A stretch of DNA of 64,000 nucleotides from a virus (taxonomy: Duplodnaviria > Caudoviricetes): positions 1 through 64,000 of the IMG/VR virus record IMGVR_UViG_3300029288_000097; one strand, written 5' to 3'. The first letter of the stretch is position 1. Every line of letters begins with the position of its first letter. The translations under genes were made by a program, and so were the position numbers. Shown piece after piece: positions 38,450 through 49,041 of this stretch. A model generated the notes under the pieces. That model made no database searches. It was given only the letters and a program-made list of their open reading frames with translations, and was not told where the DNA came from.

Positions 38450-38562
38450 ATTCGGGTGCGTGACCTGCCAGCAATAACCCGAATGTAGGAAAAAGGATAG
38501 GGGCCATGGCATTCCCTTAAACTGCCCGCCCGCAGTGCTATGGCCCCTACCTTTCATTTTTT
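38450..38562 (+). terminator. double hairpin / attenuator-like structure between SSB and polymerase
   Basis: ATTCGGGT/ACCCGAAT and TAGGGGCCATGGCA/TGCTATGGCCCCTA stems followed by a T-rich run. Confidence 0.6.
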
Positions 38563-38573
38563 GAGAGGATAGT

Positions 38574-41261
38574 ATGCCAGATACCACGACTGAAGCTACA
38601 ACTTTACGAAATGAGCAATGCGATTATTGTCAGTTTGGCATAAATGCTATCCCAGCACCTAAACATGTATGTCTTCTACCCGAGGAGATTGGGCCACACG
38701 ATGTAATGCTTGTCGCTGAGCAACCGACAAAGCAGGATGACATCTATGGGCAGGTCTTTTCAGGCAGGGGACTCGCAGACATCAAAGAGTTCCTTGTTAA
38801 GCGTGGCGTAGATGTATATGCTACTTATGCGTTGAAATGTGTCAAACCCAATAAGGATACAAAGCCTAAACCCAAGGATGCCAAGCTGTGTGGGTTTGGT
38901 GCCTCTCCTAAAAAAGGCGAACCTGTAGTCGGCGGGTATCTTGCTCAAGAGATCAAAATGGTCAAACCCAAGCATATTATATGCATGGGTGCGAACACAT
39001 TTGTAGCAGTAACCGGTAAGTCCTCCGGGTTTGGTGAACTTAAGAGCAATCGCTACTGGGATGAAAACCTAAGTGCTTACATCTACGCCACTGACCATCA
39101 TGCCTCAGCACTCTTTAATCAACAGGTTAAAGAACAGTTGATAGCTGACCTCAAACGCTTTATCGAATGGATGAACATACCTGAAGATAAAGTCGATTCG
39201 ATACAGTTCACACCACCAATCCGAGTGGCATCTACACTGAAATCTCTACGGATCATGCGCAAAAAGATTCGTGAAGCAGGTGGTGTTGTGGCTGTCGATA
39301 CCGAAACCCAAGGACTTAACCCATATATCGCTGGGAAGCATATACGATGTATTCAATTCTGCTGGGATGCAACCTATGGCGGGGTTTTTGTGCCACTTGG
39401 CCTTGAAGAAGATTGTTACTACACCAACAAGTCAGTTCAACACAATTACTGGCAAGAGGGTGAAACACTCGAAGAAGCAGTTGAGATCGTTAGAGACATT
39501 CTTCTTGAGAGTCAGTGCATCTGGCATAATGGTAAGTTTGACCGTATATGGCTCCACGAGTGGGGTAAGCGTGAGTTTGGATCACCGATCCTGGCACCAC
39601 ACGTCTACATGGATACTATGCATGTTGCTCACGCCTTAAATGAGAATCGGTCATTGAAGTTAAAACAGCTTATCACTACAGAGCTGGGATTCCCAACTTA
39701 CGACATTCAGGATAAACTCACCAAAGACCTGGATATTCTGATTCCGTATGCAGCCCGAGACACAGTAGCATCGTTACTTCTGGCTCTGAAATATTCTGGC
39801 ATCATGAAACGTAGAGACATGCGCAAGGTGCGAAGACTCTATGCAAAAGTCACTCGACGGTGCGATAGTGTATTTACCAAGATGGAATTGCAGGGCTGGC
39901 CGGTTAATGGTAAAAAAGCTGCTGAATGTAAAGTTGCTATCGATGCAAAGCTTGTGGAGACAGAAGCAACTATGGCAGCTATCTTGGAAAAGCATCGAGA
40001 GGGCTTGACCGACATCGGGTTACTCACCGAAAAATTACCTGACATTGATGCAAACCTCTATGCTTCACCCAAAAAACTTGGTAAGCTGCTTTTCTCTGTG
40101 CTGCGTCTTCCAATGAATCCTGATAAGTCGGTGGCTTACACGGACGGTGGTGATCCAGCCACAAATGAAGATGCTTTGGTTCACTTAAAAGGTGATAAGT
40201 TTGTGGACTTACTGCTGGAGTGGCGTGGCTTGGCAAAAGCTCTCTCTACCTATGTAGAACCAATGATCCGTGCTGCTAAAGGCCGAGGACGAATAACAAC
40301 CAGTTATAAGCTTACAGGCACCGTAACAGGCCGTACAGCGTCCGGGAAAGAGACTACACAGTCCAAGAGACAAGGCACATCAAAAGCTGAGGGAATGAAC
40401 CTTCAGAATCTACCCTATACGTGGCATATTCGAGATTGTATAGAAGCCCGTGACGGTTGGAGCATCATGGAAGTGGACTTCTCTCAGATCGAGCTTCGTG
40501 TAGCTGGTTGGCTATCGAAAGACCCGCTCTTTATCAAGGCTTATAATAAAGGCTGGGATATTCATGCTATCCGTGCTATGAGAGTTAATAACATATCTCA
40601 AGAACAATGGAATGAATTACCCAAGGAAAAGCAGAAAGAGCTTAGAAAGAAAGCCAAGGCCGTTAATTTTGGATTCTTGTATGGTATGCAAGCTCGAAAG
40701 TTCAAGATGTACGCATTGACAGACTACAGCCTCGATATTCCTTATCAGGAATGTGTTCATATCAGAGAGCAGTTCTTCTCCGATCATACTGGTCTGCAAG
40801 ACTGGTATCTACGCCAAGAAAATGAATGTCTGAATAAGGGTTATGTAGAAAGCCCTTCTGGTCGTAGACGCCATCTGCCGAATATAAAGCATAACCCAGA
40901 CACAAGTCGTGATGCCCGCACAAAATACAATGAAGCTGTGCGCATGGCTATAAACACCCCTGTGCAGGGTTTCGCTTCTGACCTAAAACTGATGTCTATG
41001 ATCGAGATTGATGAACGAGTTGAAGAACAATTCTCCGATGTAGCTGTGATGTTTGGTGAAGTGCATGACTCGATATTGTTGGAAGTGCGTGATGATGCAG
41101 TTGAGGAAGTAGCCAAGGTTGTATTGCGAATCATGAGCCATCCGAGCATCTTGGACGAGTTAGGTATTGATATTACGATTCCTATAATGGCAGAAGCTAA
41201 GGTCGGCAGAAGTTTAGGAACAGCTAAAGACTATGAAGTCGATTGGCGAGAGGCAGCATAA
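38574..41261 (+). CDS. family A DNA polymerase with N-terminal UDG-like domain and 3'-5' exonuclease
   Basis: CDYC..C/AEQP/KC..(UDG4-like); AVDTET, HNGKFD, YAARD; TGR, DFSQIELR, KAVNFGFLYG, VHDS. Confidence 0.93.
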   Translation: MPDTTTEATTLRNEQCDYCQFGINAIPAPKHVCLLPEEIGPHDVMLVAEQPTKQDDIYGQVFSGRGLADIKEFLVKRGVDVYATYALKCVKPNKDTKPKPKDAKLCGFGASPKKGEPVVGGYLAQEIKMVKPKHIICMGANTFVAVTGKSSGFGELKSNRYWDENLSAYIYATDHHASALFNQQVKEQLIADLKRFIEWMNIPEDKVDSIQFTPPIRVASTLKSLRIMRKKIREAGGVVAVDTETQGLNPYIAGKHIRCIQFCWDATYGGVFVPLGLEEDCYYTNKSVQHNYWQEGETLEEAVEIVRDILLESQCIWHNGKFDRIWLHEWGKREFGSPILAPHVYMDTMHVAHALNENRSLKLKQLITTELGFPTYDIQDKLTKDLDILIPYAARDTVASLLLALKYSGIMKRRDMRKVRRLYAKVTRRCDSVFTKMELQGWPVNGKKAAECKVAIDAKLVETEATMAAILEKHREGLTDIGLLTEKLPDIDANLYASPKKLGKLLFSVLRLPMNPDKSVAYTDGGDPATNEDALVHLKGDKFVDLLLEWRGLAKALSTYVEPMIRAAKGRGRITTSYKLTGTVTGRTASGKETTQSKRQGTSKAEGMNLQNLPYTWHIRDCIEARDGWSIMEVDFSQIELRVAGWLSKDPLFIKAYNKGWDIHAIRAMRVNNISQEQWNELPKEKQKELRKKAKAVNFGFLYGMQARKFKMYALTDYSLDIPYQECVHIREQFFSDHTGLQDWYLRQENECLNKGYVESPSGRRRHLPNIKHNPDTSRDARTKYNEAVRMAINTPVQGFASDLKLMSMIEIDERVEEQFSDVAVMFGEVHDSILLEVRDDAVEEVAKVVLRIMSHPSILDELGIDITIPIMAEAKVGRSLGTAKDYEVDWREAA

Positions 41262-41602
41262 TGGAGCGTAACCTGCAGCGTAGTGTAATCGATTGGTTAC
41301 GCCATCAACCTTACTGCCGGGTCACCAATATTCATGGTTCCAGCTATCAGGAAAAAGGTATATCAGACCTGATCGTATGCTATAAGGGCAGGCATTGTGT
41401 TTTTGAACTCAAAGATGAAGCTGACATTGAAGAAGTGCAGCTGGCTTATTTACGCTCAGTTAGACGAGCACAAGGGATAGCGGAGATCATATATGACATC
41501 GAAACAATCAAAATCATCTTCAAATGTATCGACCGAGGAGACACCTGGGAACCCCAGAGTGATCTCTCACCCCGAAGAAGAAGGCTTCACTCTAAAGATT
41601 AA
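41261..41602 (+). CDS. VRR-NUC nuclease
   Basis: E..LQ..V, GISDLIVCYKG...FELK....Q. Confidence 0.8.
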   Translation: MERNLQRSVIDWLRHQPYCRVTNIHGSSYQEKGISDLIVCYKGRHCVFELKDEADIEEVQLAYLRSVRRAQGIAEIIYDIETIKIIFKCIDRGDTWEPQSDLSPRRRRLHSKD

Positions 41603-42425
41603 CGGTGAATCTTTTCACTTCGGTTACTCCAGGGCAGCCAAGTTCATGGAATGTCCTCATGCTTATGAGGAAACATATGTAAACGGCCATCGCACTCCAG
41701 GTGGCACAGCCATGCGCCGGGGAACTGCTTATCACGCCACACTTGAAGGATTACTTAACTTCAAGATAAACAGAAACGGTGAGCATTACCCCATAGAAAA
41801 GACAGAACGCTATGCATGGAAAAATGCACTCAAAGAAGATTTAGCTGAAGGAGAAGCTACACGTGTGGTGCAAGCTTCTCGTTTCTACCATAGCCGTATG
41901 TACCATCGACATAATCCGATAGCTGTAGAAGTTGACTTTGATTTCTGGAAGGATGATGTCAACTATACTGGCAAAATTGACCTTATCGAGTGGCAAGACG
42001 TAAAAGGTAAACGCAAGATATTTATACGTGACCATAAGTTCAGCTATGATACGTGGGCTGAATCCCGAGCAAAGTTTGGTGTGCAGCCTATTATTTATCA
42101 GTGGGCTTGGGAAGAGCAACTGAGCAAAGAGTATGCTGGTACTGAGTTTGACGGGCTTGAATATGGTGGTTTCAGCTATAATATAATTCGGCTGTTTCCT
42201 ACTCCTGTGATCCAAGACATCTTCATCAAGCCTTGCACTACAACGGCCTCAGCTTGGTGGAGTAAACAGTTGAAGATCATGGCCGAGTGTATCAAAAACG
42301 GTATATTCTTCGCTATTCCTGGCGATAAGAAATGCCAATACTGCGATCACAAGAAGCGATGCAGTCCGACTATTTACACTGTCAAGTCTACATTGATAGG
42401 CGACATAAGCGAGGATGAAGCATAA
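41493..42425 (+). CDS. PD-(D/E)XK Cas4/RecB-like exonuclease
   Basis: S...F.ECP, GTAYH..LE, GKIDL, DHK, Q..IY, CQYCDHKKRC. Confidence 0.85.
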   Translation: MTSKQSKSSSNVSTEETPGNPRVISHPEEEGFTLKINGESFHFGYSRAAKFMECPHAYEETYVNGHRTPGGTAMRRGTAYHATLEGLLNFKINRNGEHYPIEKTERYAWKNALKEDLAEGEATRVVQASRFYHSRMYHRHNPIAVEVDFDFWKDDVNYTGKIDLIEWQDVKGKRKIFIRDHKFSYDTWAESRAKFGVQPIIYQWAWEEQLSKEYAGTEFDGLEYGGFSYNIIRLFPTPVIQDIFIKPCTTTASAWWSKQLKIMAECIKNGIFFAIPGDKKCQYCDHKKRCSPTIYTVKSTLIGDISEDEA

Positions 42426-44383
42426 TGGAAAAGTTTCGATTGACTCCAACCTTTTTATCCAAGTACAAAGAACGCACTCCTCCATTTGGATTTGGTGGTC
42501 TGGGTGAACTGGTCTACTACCGCACTTATTCAAGAGTAAAAGCAGATGGCTCCAACGAGGATTGGACTGATACATGTCAGCGTGTAGTTGAGGGCTGCTA
42601 CAACATGCAAAAAGCTCATATCGAACAGTATAATCTTGGGTGGGATGGTAACAAAGCTCAATGCTCTGCCCAAGAGATGTTTGATCGAATGTGGACAATG
42701 AAGTTCTTACCTCCGGGTAGAGGCTTATGGGCTATGGGCTCTGCCATCACCGAAGAACGAGGATGCTTTGCTGCACTTAATAACTGTGCTTTTGTCAGTA
42801 CACGAGACCTGGCCTCAGATTTTGCTACGCCATTCTGTTTTCTTATGGATGCGTCTATGCTTGGCGTAGGAGTTGGTTTCGATACACTTGGTGCCAACCT
42901 TGTGACTCTAAAACAGCCACGCGAAGCAGTAGAGACATTTACTATCCCTGATTCACGTGAGGGATGGGTAGAATCTGTCTACAAGCTACTCCACAGCTAT
43001 GCTAAGGGTGGCCCTAGAGCTGAGTTTGACTACTCTCAGGTTCGTCCGGCAGGACTTCCCATCAAAGGTTTTGGTGGTATATCATCCGGCCCGGAGCCAC
43101 TGGCTGAACTACACGAAGAGATTAGACTTCTCTTGGATAGCTTTGTAGGAAAACATGTCAGTAAACGTGCCATTGTAGACATAATGAACCTGATAGGTAA
43201 ATGTGTCGTTGCTGGAAATGTCCGTCGAACCGCTGAGATGGCTATGGACTTCGATATGGACATCGAATACCTGATGTTGAAAGACTACAAAAAGAATCCT
43301 GATCGGGCAAAACATGGCTGGGCTTCAAATAACTCAGTGAATGTTTCAGTAGGAGAAGACTACAAGCTGGCTGCTAAGTTTACAGCAGAAAACGGAGAGC
43401 CTGGCTACCAATGGCTGGAAAATGCACAACAATTCTCACGCATGAATAATGGACCCGATGGTAAAGATCATCGAGCAGCCGGTGTAAATCCTTGTGGAGA
43501 GCAAACACTTGAATCCTACGAGCTTTGTTGCTTGGTAGAGACATTCCCTCATCGCTGTGAAAACTTATCCGACTATCAACGCACACTTAAGTTTGCCTAC
43601 CTCTACGCTAAAACAGTAACTCTGGGGCAAACACATTGGCCGGAAACCAATCGTATTCTTTTGCGGAATAGACGCATAGGATGTTCCATGTCCGGCATTG
43701 CACAGTTTATCACTGTCAATGGCATACATGAGCTGAAAAAGTGGTGTGAGGAAGGCTACAAGACTCTCCAGTATTACGATGATGTCTACAGTGATTGGCT
43801 GTGCATACCTCGGTCAATTAAGATCACCAGCATAAAGCCAAGTGGCACGGTAAGCTTATTGGCCGGAGCTACACCTGGTATGCACTATCCTGAAAGTCGC
43901 CATTATATTCGTAGAATACGTCTAGCAAAGTCAAGTCCATTAGTTCCTCCGCTGGTTAAAGCTGGCTACAAAGTCGAAACATGTATAGGGCAGGAAGAGT
44001 CCACCGTAGTGGTCGAAGTTCCAGTTCGTATCGAGGAAGAGATTCGCACTGTAAGTGAAGTAACCATGTGGGAGCAGTTGCACTTGGCCTCTTTTCTACA
44101 ACGTCATTGGGCAGATAATCAAGTATCTGTTACTGTTACGTTCAATCCTAAGACAGAGGGAGCCGAGATTGCAAACGCTCTGAACTATGTTCAGTATATG
44201 CTTAAGGGTGTATCATTCTTACCCTACAGTGTCGGAGCTTTCCCACAGATGCCTTACGAAAAAATTACTGAAGCACAGTACTTTGAGATGTCTGCTAAGC
44301 TGAAACAACTTGATTTCTCAGGCATCAATGACAATAAAGCTGACGTAGAACGATTCTGCGATGGCGATAAATGCGTGGTCTAG
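42425..44383 (+). CDS. nrdJ: class II (B12-dependent) ribonucleotide reductase
   Basis: FLPPGRGLW, NNCAF, GNVRRTA, NPCGEQ, SIKPSGTVS, C-terminal CDGDKC. Confidence 0.93.
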   Translation: MEKFRLTPTFLSKYKERTPPFGFGGLGELVYYRTYSRVKADGSNEDWTDTCQRVVEGCYNMQKAHIEQYNLGWDGNKAQCSAQEMFDRMWTMKFLPPGRGLWAMGSAITEERGCFAALNNCAFVSTRDLASDFATPFCFLMDASMLGVGVGFDTLGANLVTLKQPREAVETFTIPDSREGWVESVYKLLHSYAKGGPRAEFDYSQVRPAGLPIKGFGGISSGPEPLAELHEEIRLLLDSFVGKHVSKRAIVDIMNLIGKCVVAGNVRRTAEMAMDFDMDIEYLMLKDYKKNPDRAKHGWASNNSVNVSVGEDYKLAAKFTAENGEPGYQWLENAQQFSRMNNGPDGKDHRAAGVNPCGEQTLESYELCCLVETFPHRCENLSDYQRTLKFAYLYAKTVTLGQTHWPETNRILLRNRRIGCSMSGIAQFITVNGIHELKKWCEEGYKTLQYYDDVYSDWLCIPRSIKITSIKPSGTVSLLAGATPGMHYPESRHYIRRIRLAKSSPLVPPLVKAGYKVETCIGQEESTVVVEVPVRIEEEIRTVSEVTMWEQLHLASFLQRHWADNQVSVTVTFNPKTEGAEIANALNYVQYMLKGVSFLPYSVGAFPQMPYEKITEAQYFEMSAKLKQLDFSGINDNKADVERFCDGDKCVV

Positions 44384-44392
44384 GAGGTATCA

Positions 44393-44953
44393 ATGCTGAT
44401 CGTAGGTATATGTGCTGATATGCAGCACGGTAAAGATACTGTAGCTCGAATGATGATAGAACTGGCAGCAGAACATAATGTTATTGCTGCCCGTCGAGCT
44501 ATGGCTGATCCTCTCAAAGAGGAGATCGCTGAATGTTTTGCTCCGATGTTGAATACGACCAGGGAAGAATTACTTCGTCAGATGAATACTACTGGTGAGA
44601 AAGAACGCTGGCGTCTTGTCATGCAATGGTGGGGCACAGAGTTCAGACGAACTGAAGATACACAGTACTGGGTTAAACGTATGTACGATTGGGTAACAGC
44701 TTTCCAAGGTGGTATTGTATGTATACCCGACATACGTTTTCAAAATGAAATTGATCTTGTAAAGCATTTTAGTGGCTATATGATTCGAGTCAATCGACCT
44801 GGATTCCCGGCTGATGATGCCCATGCATCTGAACAGGAATGGAAGCAGTTCAATGGCTGGGATCAGGTCATCGAGAATGATGGCACTGAAGAGGAGTTGA
44901 AAAATAAGCTGGTTGCAGTGTATACTCTACTTGAGGGTAGAGGCCAGTTCTGA
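44393..44953 (+). CDS. deoxynucleoside monophosphate kinase
   Basis: GKDTVA, ADPLKE, R..MQ.WGTE..R, DIRF.NE, HASE. Confidence 0.88.
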   Translation: MLIVGICADMQHGKDTVARMMIELAAEHNVIAARRAMADPLKEEIAECFAPMLNTTREELLRQMNTTGEKERWRLVMQWWGTEFRRTEDTQYWVKRMYDWVTAFQGGIVCIPDIRFQNEIDLVKHFSGYMIRVNRPGFPADDAHASEQEWKQFNGWDQVIENDGTEEELKNKLVAVYTLLEGRGQF

Positions 44954-45375
44954 TGTATGCGATCTTGCCGTACAACACCTTCATATGGGCTGGTGAATGC
45001 TATCCTGAGTATCTATCAGTCGGAGCCGAGGTAACTGGGTATCACTATAATGACAAACGCATTGTTCGATTCCCCATTACCAAAATAGAACGTCTTGAAC
45101 CTACACGATTGATCCAGTTGAAGTTTACTGATCCGAAGCTTAAGATACAGCGTTTCAGTGGCTTAACGAAAGTCCTGACTGTAGGAGGACCAACTGAGTG
45201 TTACAAAGCTCCGTATTTGATTGGTGTATGCCAGAATAATCCAAGACAACTTATGATGTTCAACGTAATGGAACTGACTGAGTTGACCGAGGAAGTACCG
45301 GTACTCAGGTTAGAATGGGAAGACCAGAACTACTTCTTATGGGCAGAAGGTGTACTTGTTGGGAGCCTTAAGTAG
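44953..45375 (+). CDS. stand-alone HINT-fold-like protein lacking catalytic residues
   Basis: ILPYNTFI..G...EYLSVGAEVTGY (N blocks) and VPVLRLE...NYFLWAEGVLVGS (C blocks). Confidence 0.5.
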   Translation: MYAILPYNTFIWAGECYPEYLSVGAEVTGYHYNDKRIVRFPITKIERLEPTRLIQLKFTDPKLKIQRFSGLTKVLTVGGPTECYKAPYLIGVCQNNPRQLMMFNVMELTELTEEVPVLRLEWEDQNYFLWAEGVLVGSLK

Positions 45376-46972
45376 CAAAATAATAGTTGATAAGCTTATC
45401 AACTTATTCATAAATAACCCGGAAAATGGTAGAAAGATCGCGCAAAGTTTTGGGCTATGGGAGACTTTGCGCGATACTGTATTAAAGCCAATCCACCTGG
45501 CTTTATGCCGGAAAAATGTAAACTGGTTCATCGAGTATATCAGTCAAGATACCGAAACACAGGCTTACATTATTCAGCAGGGATTCCATAAAGAGTGGCA
45601 AGCTCTCATCTCTCTTTATGATCGTGTTCTTATTGCGGCTCCCAGAGGTCATGGAAAGTCTGTCCAGAACATTGGTAGGATCATCTGGGAACTCGGACGT
45701 AACCACAACATTCGTATCAAAATTATAGGAAGTTCTGACGATAAAGCTAAAGAAATCTTGGGCCTGGCACGTGAACTTATATCGAAGTCAGAGCGTGTGC
45801 ATGAAGTATTCCCTGATTTAGTTATCAATACAGAGCGTGGTGACACGCAGACCAAGTTCTTTGTTGTGCGTGATATTCCTTCCCGAGACCCGTCTGTAGA
45901 AGCATCTGGTGTGCTTTCCACTGGTGCTGGTGGCCGTGCTGACTTACTACTCTGTGACGACGTTGTAGACCTTAAAAACTCGGTTATTAACCCGGCACAA
46001 CGCGAACAGGTTATCAAGGCAATCAAAGAGACATGGTTCTCCCTGGTATCATCAACTGGTAAGATCGTATGGATTTGTACTCCTTACCATATTGCTGATG
46101 CTACTCATAACCTAAAAGATACTGGTGCATTCAAAGTTTGGTGGACACCAGCTATTCGATATGAGAAGCATTACGATGATACGGGTAATCTAATTCTTGA
46201 CGATGAAACAGGACAGGCTAAGGTCACAAAGATTATTCTGTGGCCGGACAAATGGTCCGAAGAAAAGCTTGAAGCTCGTAGACAAGAACTTGGCACTCGT
46301 GTATTTACTCGTCAGTATTTGCTTAATGCGATGTCTGATGAAGAACGAACCTTCCCGGAAACTGCTCTTGAGCGAAGTTTTGATAGTCTGCTCGCCGATA
46401 TAGGCGATGGTGTAAAGGAAGACTGGCCGACATTTGGTGGGTGTGACTTGGCTTCAGCCCTGGGTAAAAAGAACGCATTCTCTGTCATATGGACTATCGC
46501 AAAGAACCCAAATGATGGTAGACTGTATTTGAAAGAAATCTGGAGACGTAGAGCCCAATTCAATGACATCATGGCCGAACTAAAACGGCAGTGTAAAGTT
46601 CATCGCTGGAGACTGGCTTACGTTGAAAATAACTCATTCCAGCAGGCAGTTGTAGATGCTCTTGAAGCCGAGGATAAGTCTTTACCTATCAAAGGATTTA
46701 CAACTGGAGCTTATAACAAAAAGCACGAAGAGATCGGACTACCCGGTCTTAGTATAGCGTTTGAGAAAAAGAACTTTGCTCTTCCGGCAGCCAAGTTCCC
46801 CTTATCGCCAGATGACACAAGCTCTCTTGCGATTTTTATGGGAGAACTTCGTGCACATCCAGGAGGCGAGTTCTCCGATACTATTATGGCTCTATGGTTT
46901 GCTTATCGAGCTGCCATCGAATGTGGTAGTGATTTTGAGGACGCTTATATCGATGCAATAGCAGCAGCTTGA
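45350..46972 (+). CDS. terL: terminase large subunit
   Basis: APRGHGKS, GGRADLLLCDD, TPYH, GCDLA, ENNSFQ, DTIMALW; exact start uncertain. Confidence 0.92.
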   Translation: MYLLGALSSKIIVDKLINLFINNPENGRKIAQSFGLWETLRDTVLKPIHLALCRKNVNWFIEYISQDTETQAYIIQQGFHKEWQALISLYDRVLIAAPRGHGKSVQNIGRIIWELGRNHNIRIKIIGSSDDKAKEILGLARELISKSERVHEVFPDLVINTERGDTQTKFFVVRDIPSRDPSVEASGVLSTGAGGRADLLLCDDVVDLKNSVINPAQREQVIKAIKETWFSLVSSTGKIVWICTPYHIADATHNLKDTGAFKVWWTPAIRYEKHYDDTGNLILDDETGQAKVTKIILWPDKWSEEKLEARRQELGTRVFTRQYLLNAMSDEERTFPETALERSFDSLLADIGDGVKEDWPTFGGCDLASALGKKNAFSVIWTIAKNPNDGRLYLKEIWRRRAQFNDIMAELKRQCKVHRWRLAYVENNSFQQAVVDALEAEDKSLPIKGFTTGAYNKKHEEIGLPGLSIAFEKKNFALPAAKFPLSPDDTSSLAIFMGELRAHPGGEFSDTIMALWFAYRAAIECGSDFEDAYIDAIAAA

Positions 46973-47012
46973 CATGCATTTTACTGGGCCATTGTGATAT
47001 ACTGAGGACAGC

Positions 47013-48794
47013 ATGGGAATCTTCAATTTTGCAGATAACGGAAAACGGGAACCAGCAGCCCCATGGACACGTAAAGTGGGTAAGATGGTTGCACGCCTAT
47101 TCGATATAGACTTAGGCTCTCAGCCCGTGCCACGTATAAATGACAGAGAAACTTTCACTGAGGCCGGAGTAGATGTTGGCACATCGGTTATATCGGCTGA
47201 TCTATGGAAAGTTTATAATGATCGCAAGAGCGTTTGGAAAGACATCGAAGAGATGGATCATAATTGTGAGATCACATCTACAGCTCTTGACATAGTAGCC
47301 GACTGTAGTGTTTCATACTCGGATGACGCCTCTAACGTAATCTTCCAAGTCAGTTCGGACAATGCTGAAGCCCAAAAGATACTCCGGGATTGTGCACAGC
47401 GTCTACATATCGAACGTGAGATATGGCAGCTGGCACGTAATGCGTTCAAGCATGGTAACGAGTTCCGTGAGCTAATTCTCGACCGAACTGTATCACCTTA
47501 TCGAATCAAGTCTCTCAAACAGACTGTTTCATACCATATATGGCCGAAGACAAATGACCATGGCGATAAGATTCCTGGCTGGGTTGTAGTTACTGACAAA
47601 GATGTCACTATGACTGGAGGTAAAGAGCTAGAAGAATGGCAGATTGTGCCATTCCTTTATGGCGATATTGCCGGGACTTTGGCTGTTCCTCCACTGGCAT
47701 CTGCTCGTAAAAACTGGATGCGTTTGGCGACAATGGAAGACAACATGGTCGTCAACCGTCTTACACGTAATGATCGCATTGTACATCGTGTTCCTGTCAA
47801 AGACTCCTGGACCAACAATGAGATCATGAGCACGATTAAGCGTTACAAAGATGCCATTACAAAAAGACGTTTAGTCAGTAGTGAAGGCTCAGTCACTAAT
47901 GTTGATAACCCTCTGACAGCTGATTCCGACTTTTATGTGCCTGACGATGGATCAGGTAAAGGTGGAGTCTCCATGCTGTCACCTAATAATGCACAGCTTG
48001 GCAACCTGAACGATGTCTATTATCATCGTGAGCGATTGATTATCAGGCTTAAGGTGCCAATGTCTTATCTGCAGATCATGTCGAGTCAGAAAACTCACTT
48101 GACAGCAGGTAAAGGTGCTTCCAACGTTGAACTTCAGTTTGCTCGAACTTTACGTATGTTGCAAGGTTCCATTAAAGATGGTTTGCGCCGAGTATTCGAT
48201 ATTGAATTGATGTTGCATGGCATTGCTCCAACACCTGATCTATATACTATCGATATGACCAAGATCAATACATCTGATCTCCAGAGTGATGCTCAGATCG
48301 AATTGACCTATGCACAGGCAGCAGTATACTTTATCGAAGCGTTTGGTGGAGCACTACCACCAGAGCTACTGGCATCCAAGTATATGCGCCTGACAAAAGA
48401 ACAGCAAGCTTTAATGGACAAGTTCCTTGAAGCAGACGCCAAGCGTATATGGAAAGCCAAAGTAAAAAGTATAGAGGCCGGAGCCAAAGCAGTTGAAGCC
48501 AAGTCTCAATTGATAAAAGACCGCACGCCAGGAGATGATCCTACAGGTAGCGGCAATCAGAACAAGTCTCTTGCTTCCAGGTCTACTGAGCAAAAAGGCA
48601 CAAAATCAGCTCCATCGCAAGGTGTTGATCTTGAGGATGTAGTAGACCTGTTTGCAGTATTTTATGACGGGATCGCTGACAAACTTCGGAAAGAAGGCCA
48701 GGATATTCCGGTTTTCTCTGAGGCAGACCGCGAAGAAATCAGGCAATCAATCCTGGAGCGGGTAACTGAGGATGGAGAACTTAGCATATCCTGA
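47013..48794 (+). CDS. portal protein (T4 gp20-like)
   Basis: EI..ALDI.AD, R..FKHGNEF, L..MED.MVV.RLTR, DFYVP, LG.LNDV.Y...L...LKVP.SYL, FAR. Confidence 0.88.
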   Translation: MGIFNFADNGKREPAAPWTRKVGKMVARLFDIDLGSQPVPRINDRETFTEAGVDVGTSVISADLWKVYNDRKSVWKDIEEMDHNCEITSTALDIVADCSVSYSDDASNVIFQVSSDNAEAQKILRDCAQRLHIEREIWQLARNAFKHGNEFRELILDRTVSPYRIKSLKQTVSYHIWPKTNDHGDKIPGWVVVTDKDVTMTGGKELEEWQIVPFLYGDIAGTLAVPPLASARKNWMRLATMEDNMVVNRLTRNDRIVHRVPVKDSWTNNEIMSTIKRYKDAITKRRLVSSEGSVTNVDNPLTADSDFYVPDDGSGKGGVSMLSPNNAQLGNLNDVYYHRERLIIRLKVPMSYLQIMSSQKTHLTAGKGASNVELQFARTLRMLQGSIKDGLRRVFDIELMLHGIAPTPDLYTIDMTKINTSDLQSDAQIELTYAQAAVYFIEAFGGALPPELLASKYMRLTKEQQALMDKFLEADAKRIWKAKVKSIEAGAKAVEAKSQLIKDRTPGDDPTGSGNQNKSLASRSTEQKGTKSAPSQGVDLEDVVDLFAVFYDGIADKLRKEGQDIPVFSEADREEIRQSILERVTEDGELSIS

Positions 48795-49041
48795 CGAAGA
48801 GCTTAGAGCCAAAATTAGGTATCAGAATCCTATGGCTCAACTTCTTGAAGGCTATGATGAAGCTATAATCGGCACTGTAGAAATGTTTGGGCGACCACCC
48901 GTTGTTTGCTATGATAAAAGACTCCTCATGGATTTACTTATCGAAAATGGAGAGGATGGTCGGGAAGATATTGAACATCTCTTGAGTGCTGCTGATGAAG
49001 ATGCTCCAGTTTTCCTAACCCGTATGACTGTAAATGATTGA
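48772..49041 (+). CDS. conserved small phage protein
   Basis: GYDEAIIG...VVCYD...PVFL. Confidence 0.6.
   Translation: MENLAYPDEELRAKIRYQNPMAQLLEGYDEAIIGTVEMFGRPPVVCYDKRLLMDLLIENGEDGREDIEHLLSAADEDAPVFLTRMTVND

Noticed and set aside
28250-42425. Type IV CRISPR-like system (DinG plus Cas4-like nuclease)
   Set aside because: No repeat-spacer array and no Cas5/6/7 genes are seen; both genes fit a phage replication/recombination context.
38574-46972. Inteins or introns in the polymerase, RNR or TerL
   Set aside because: All three have continuous motifs and normal lengths, with no embedded C...HN blocks or homing endonuclease.
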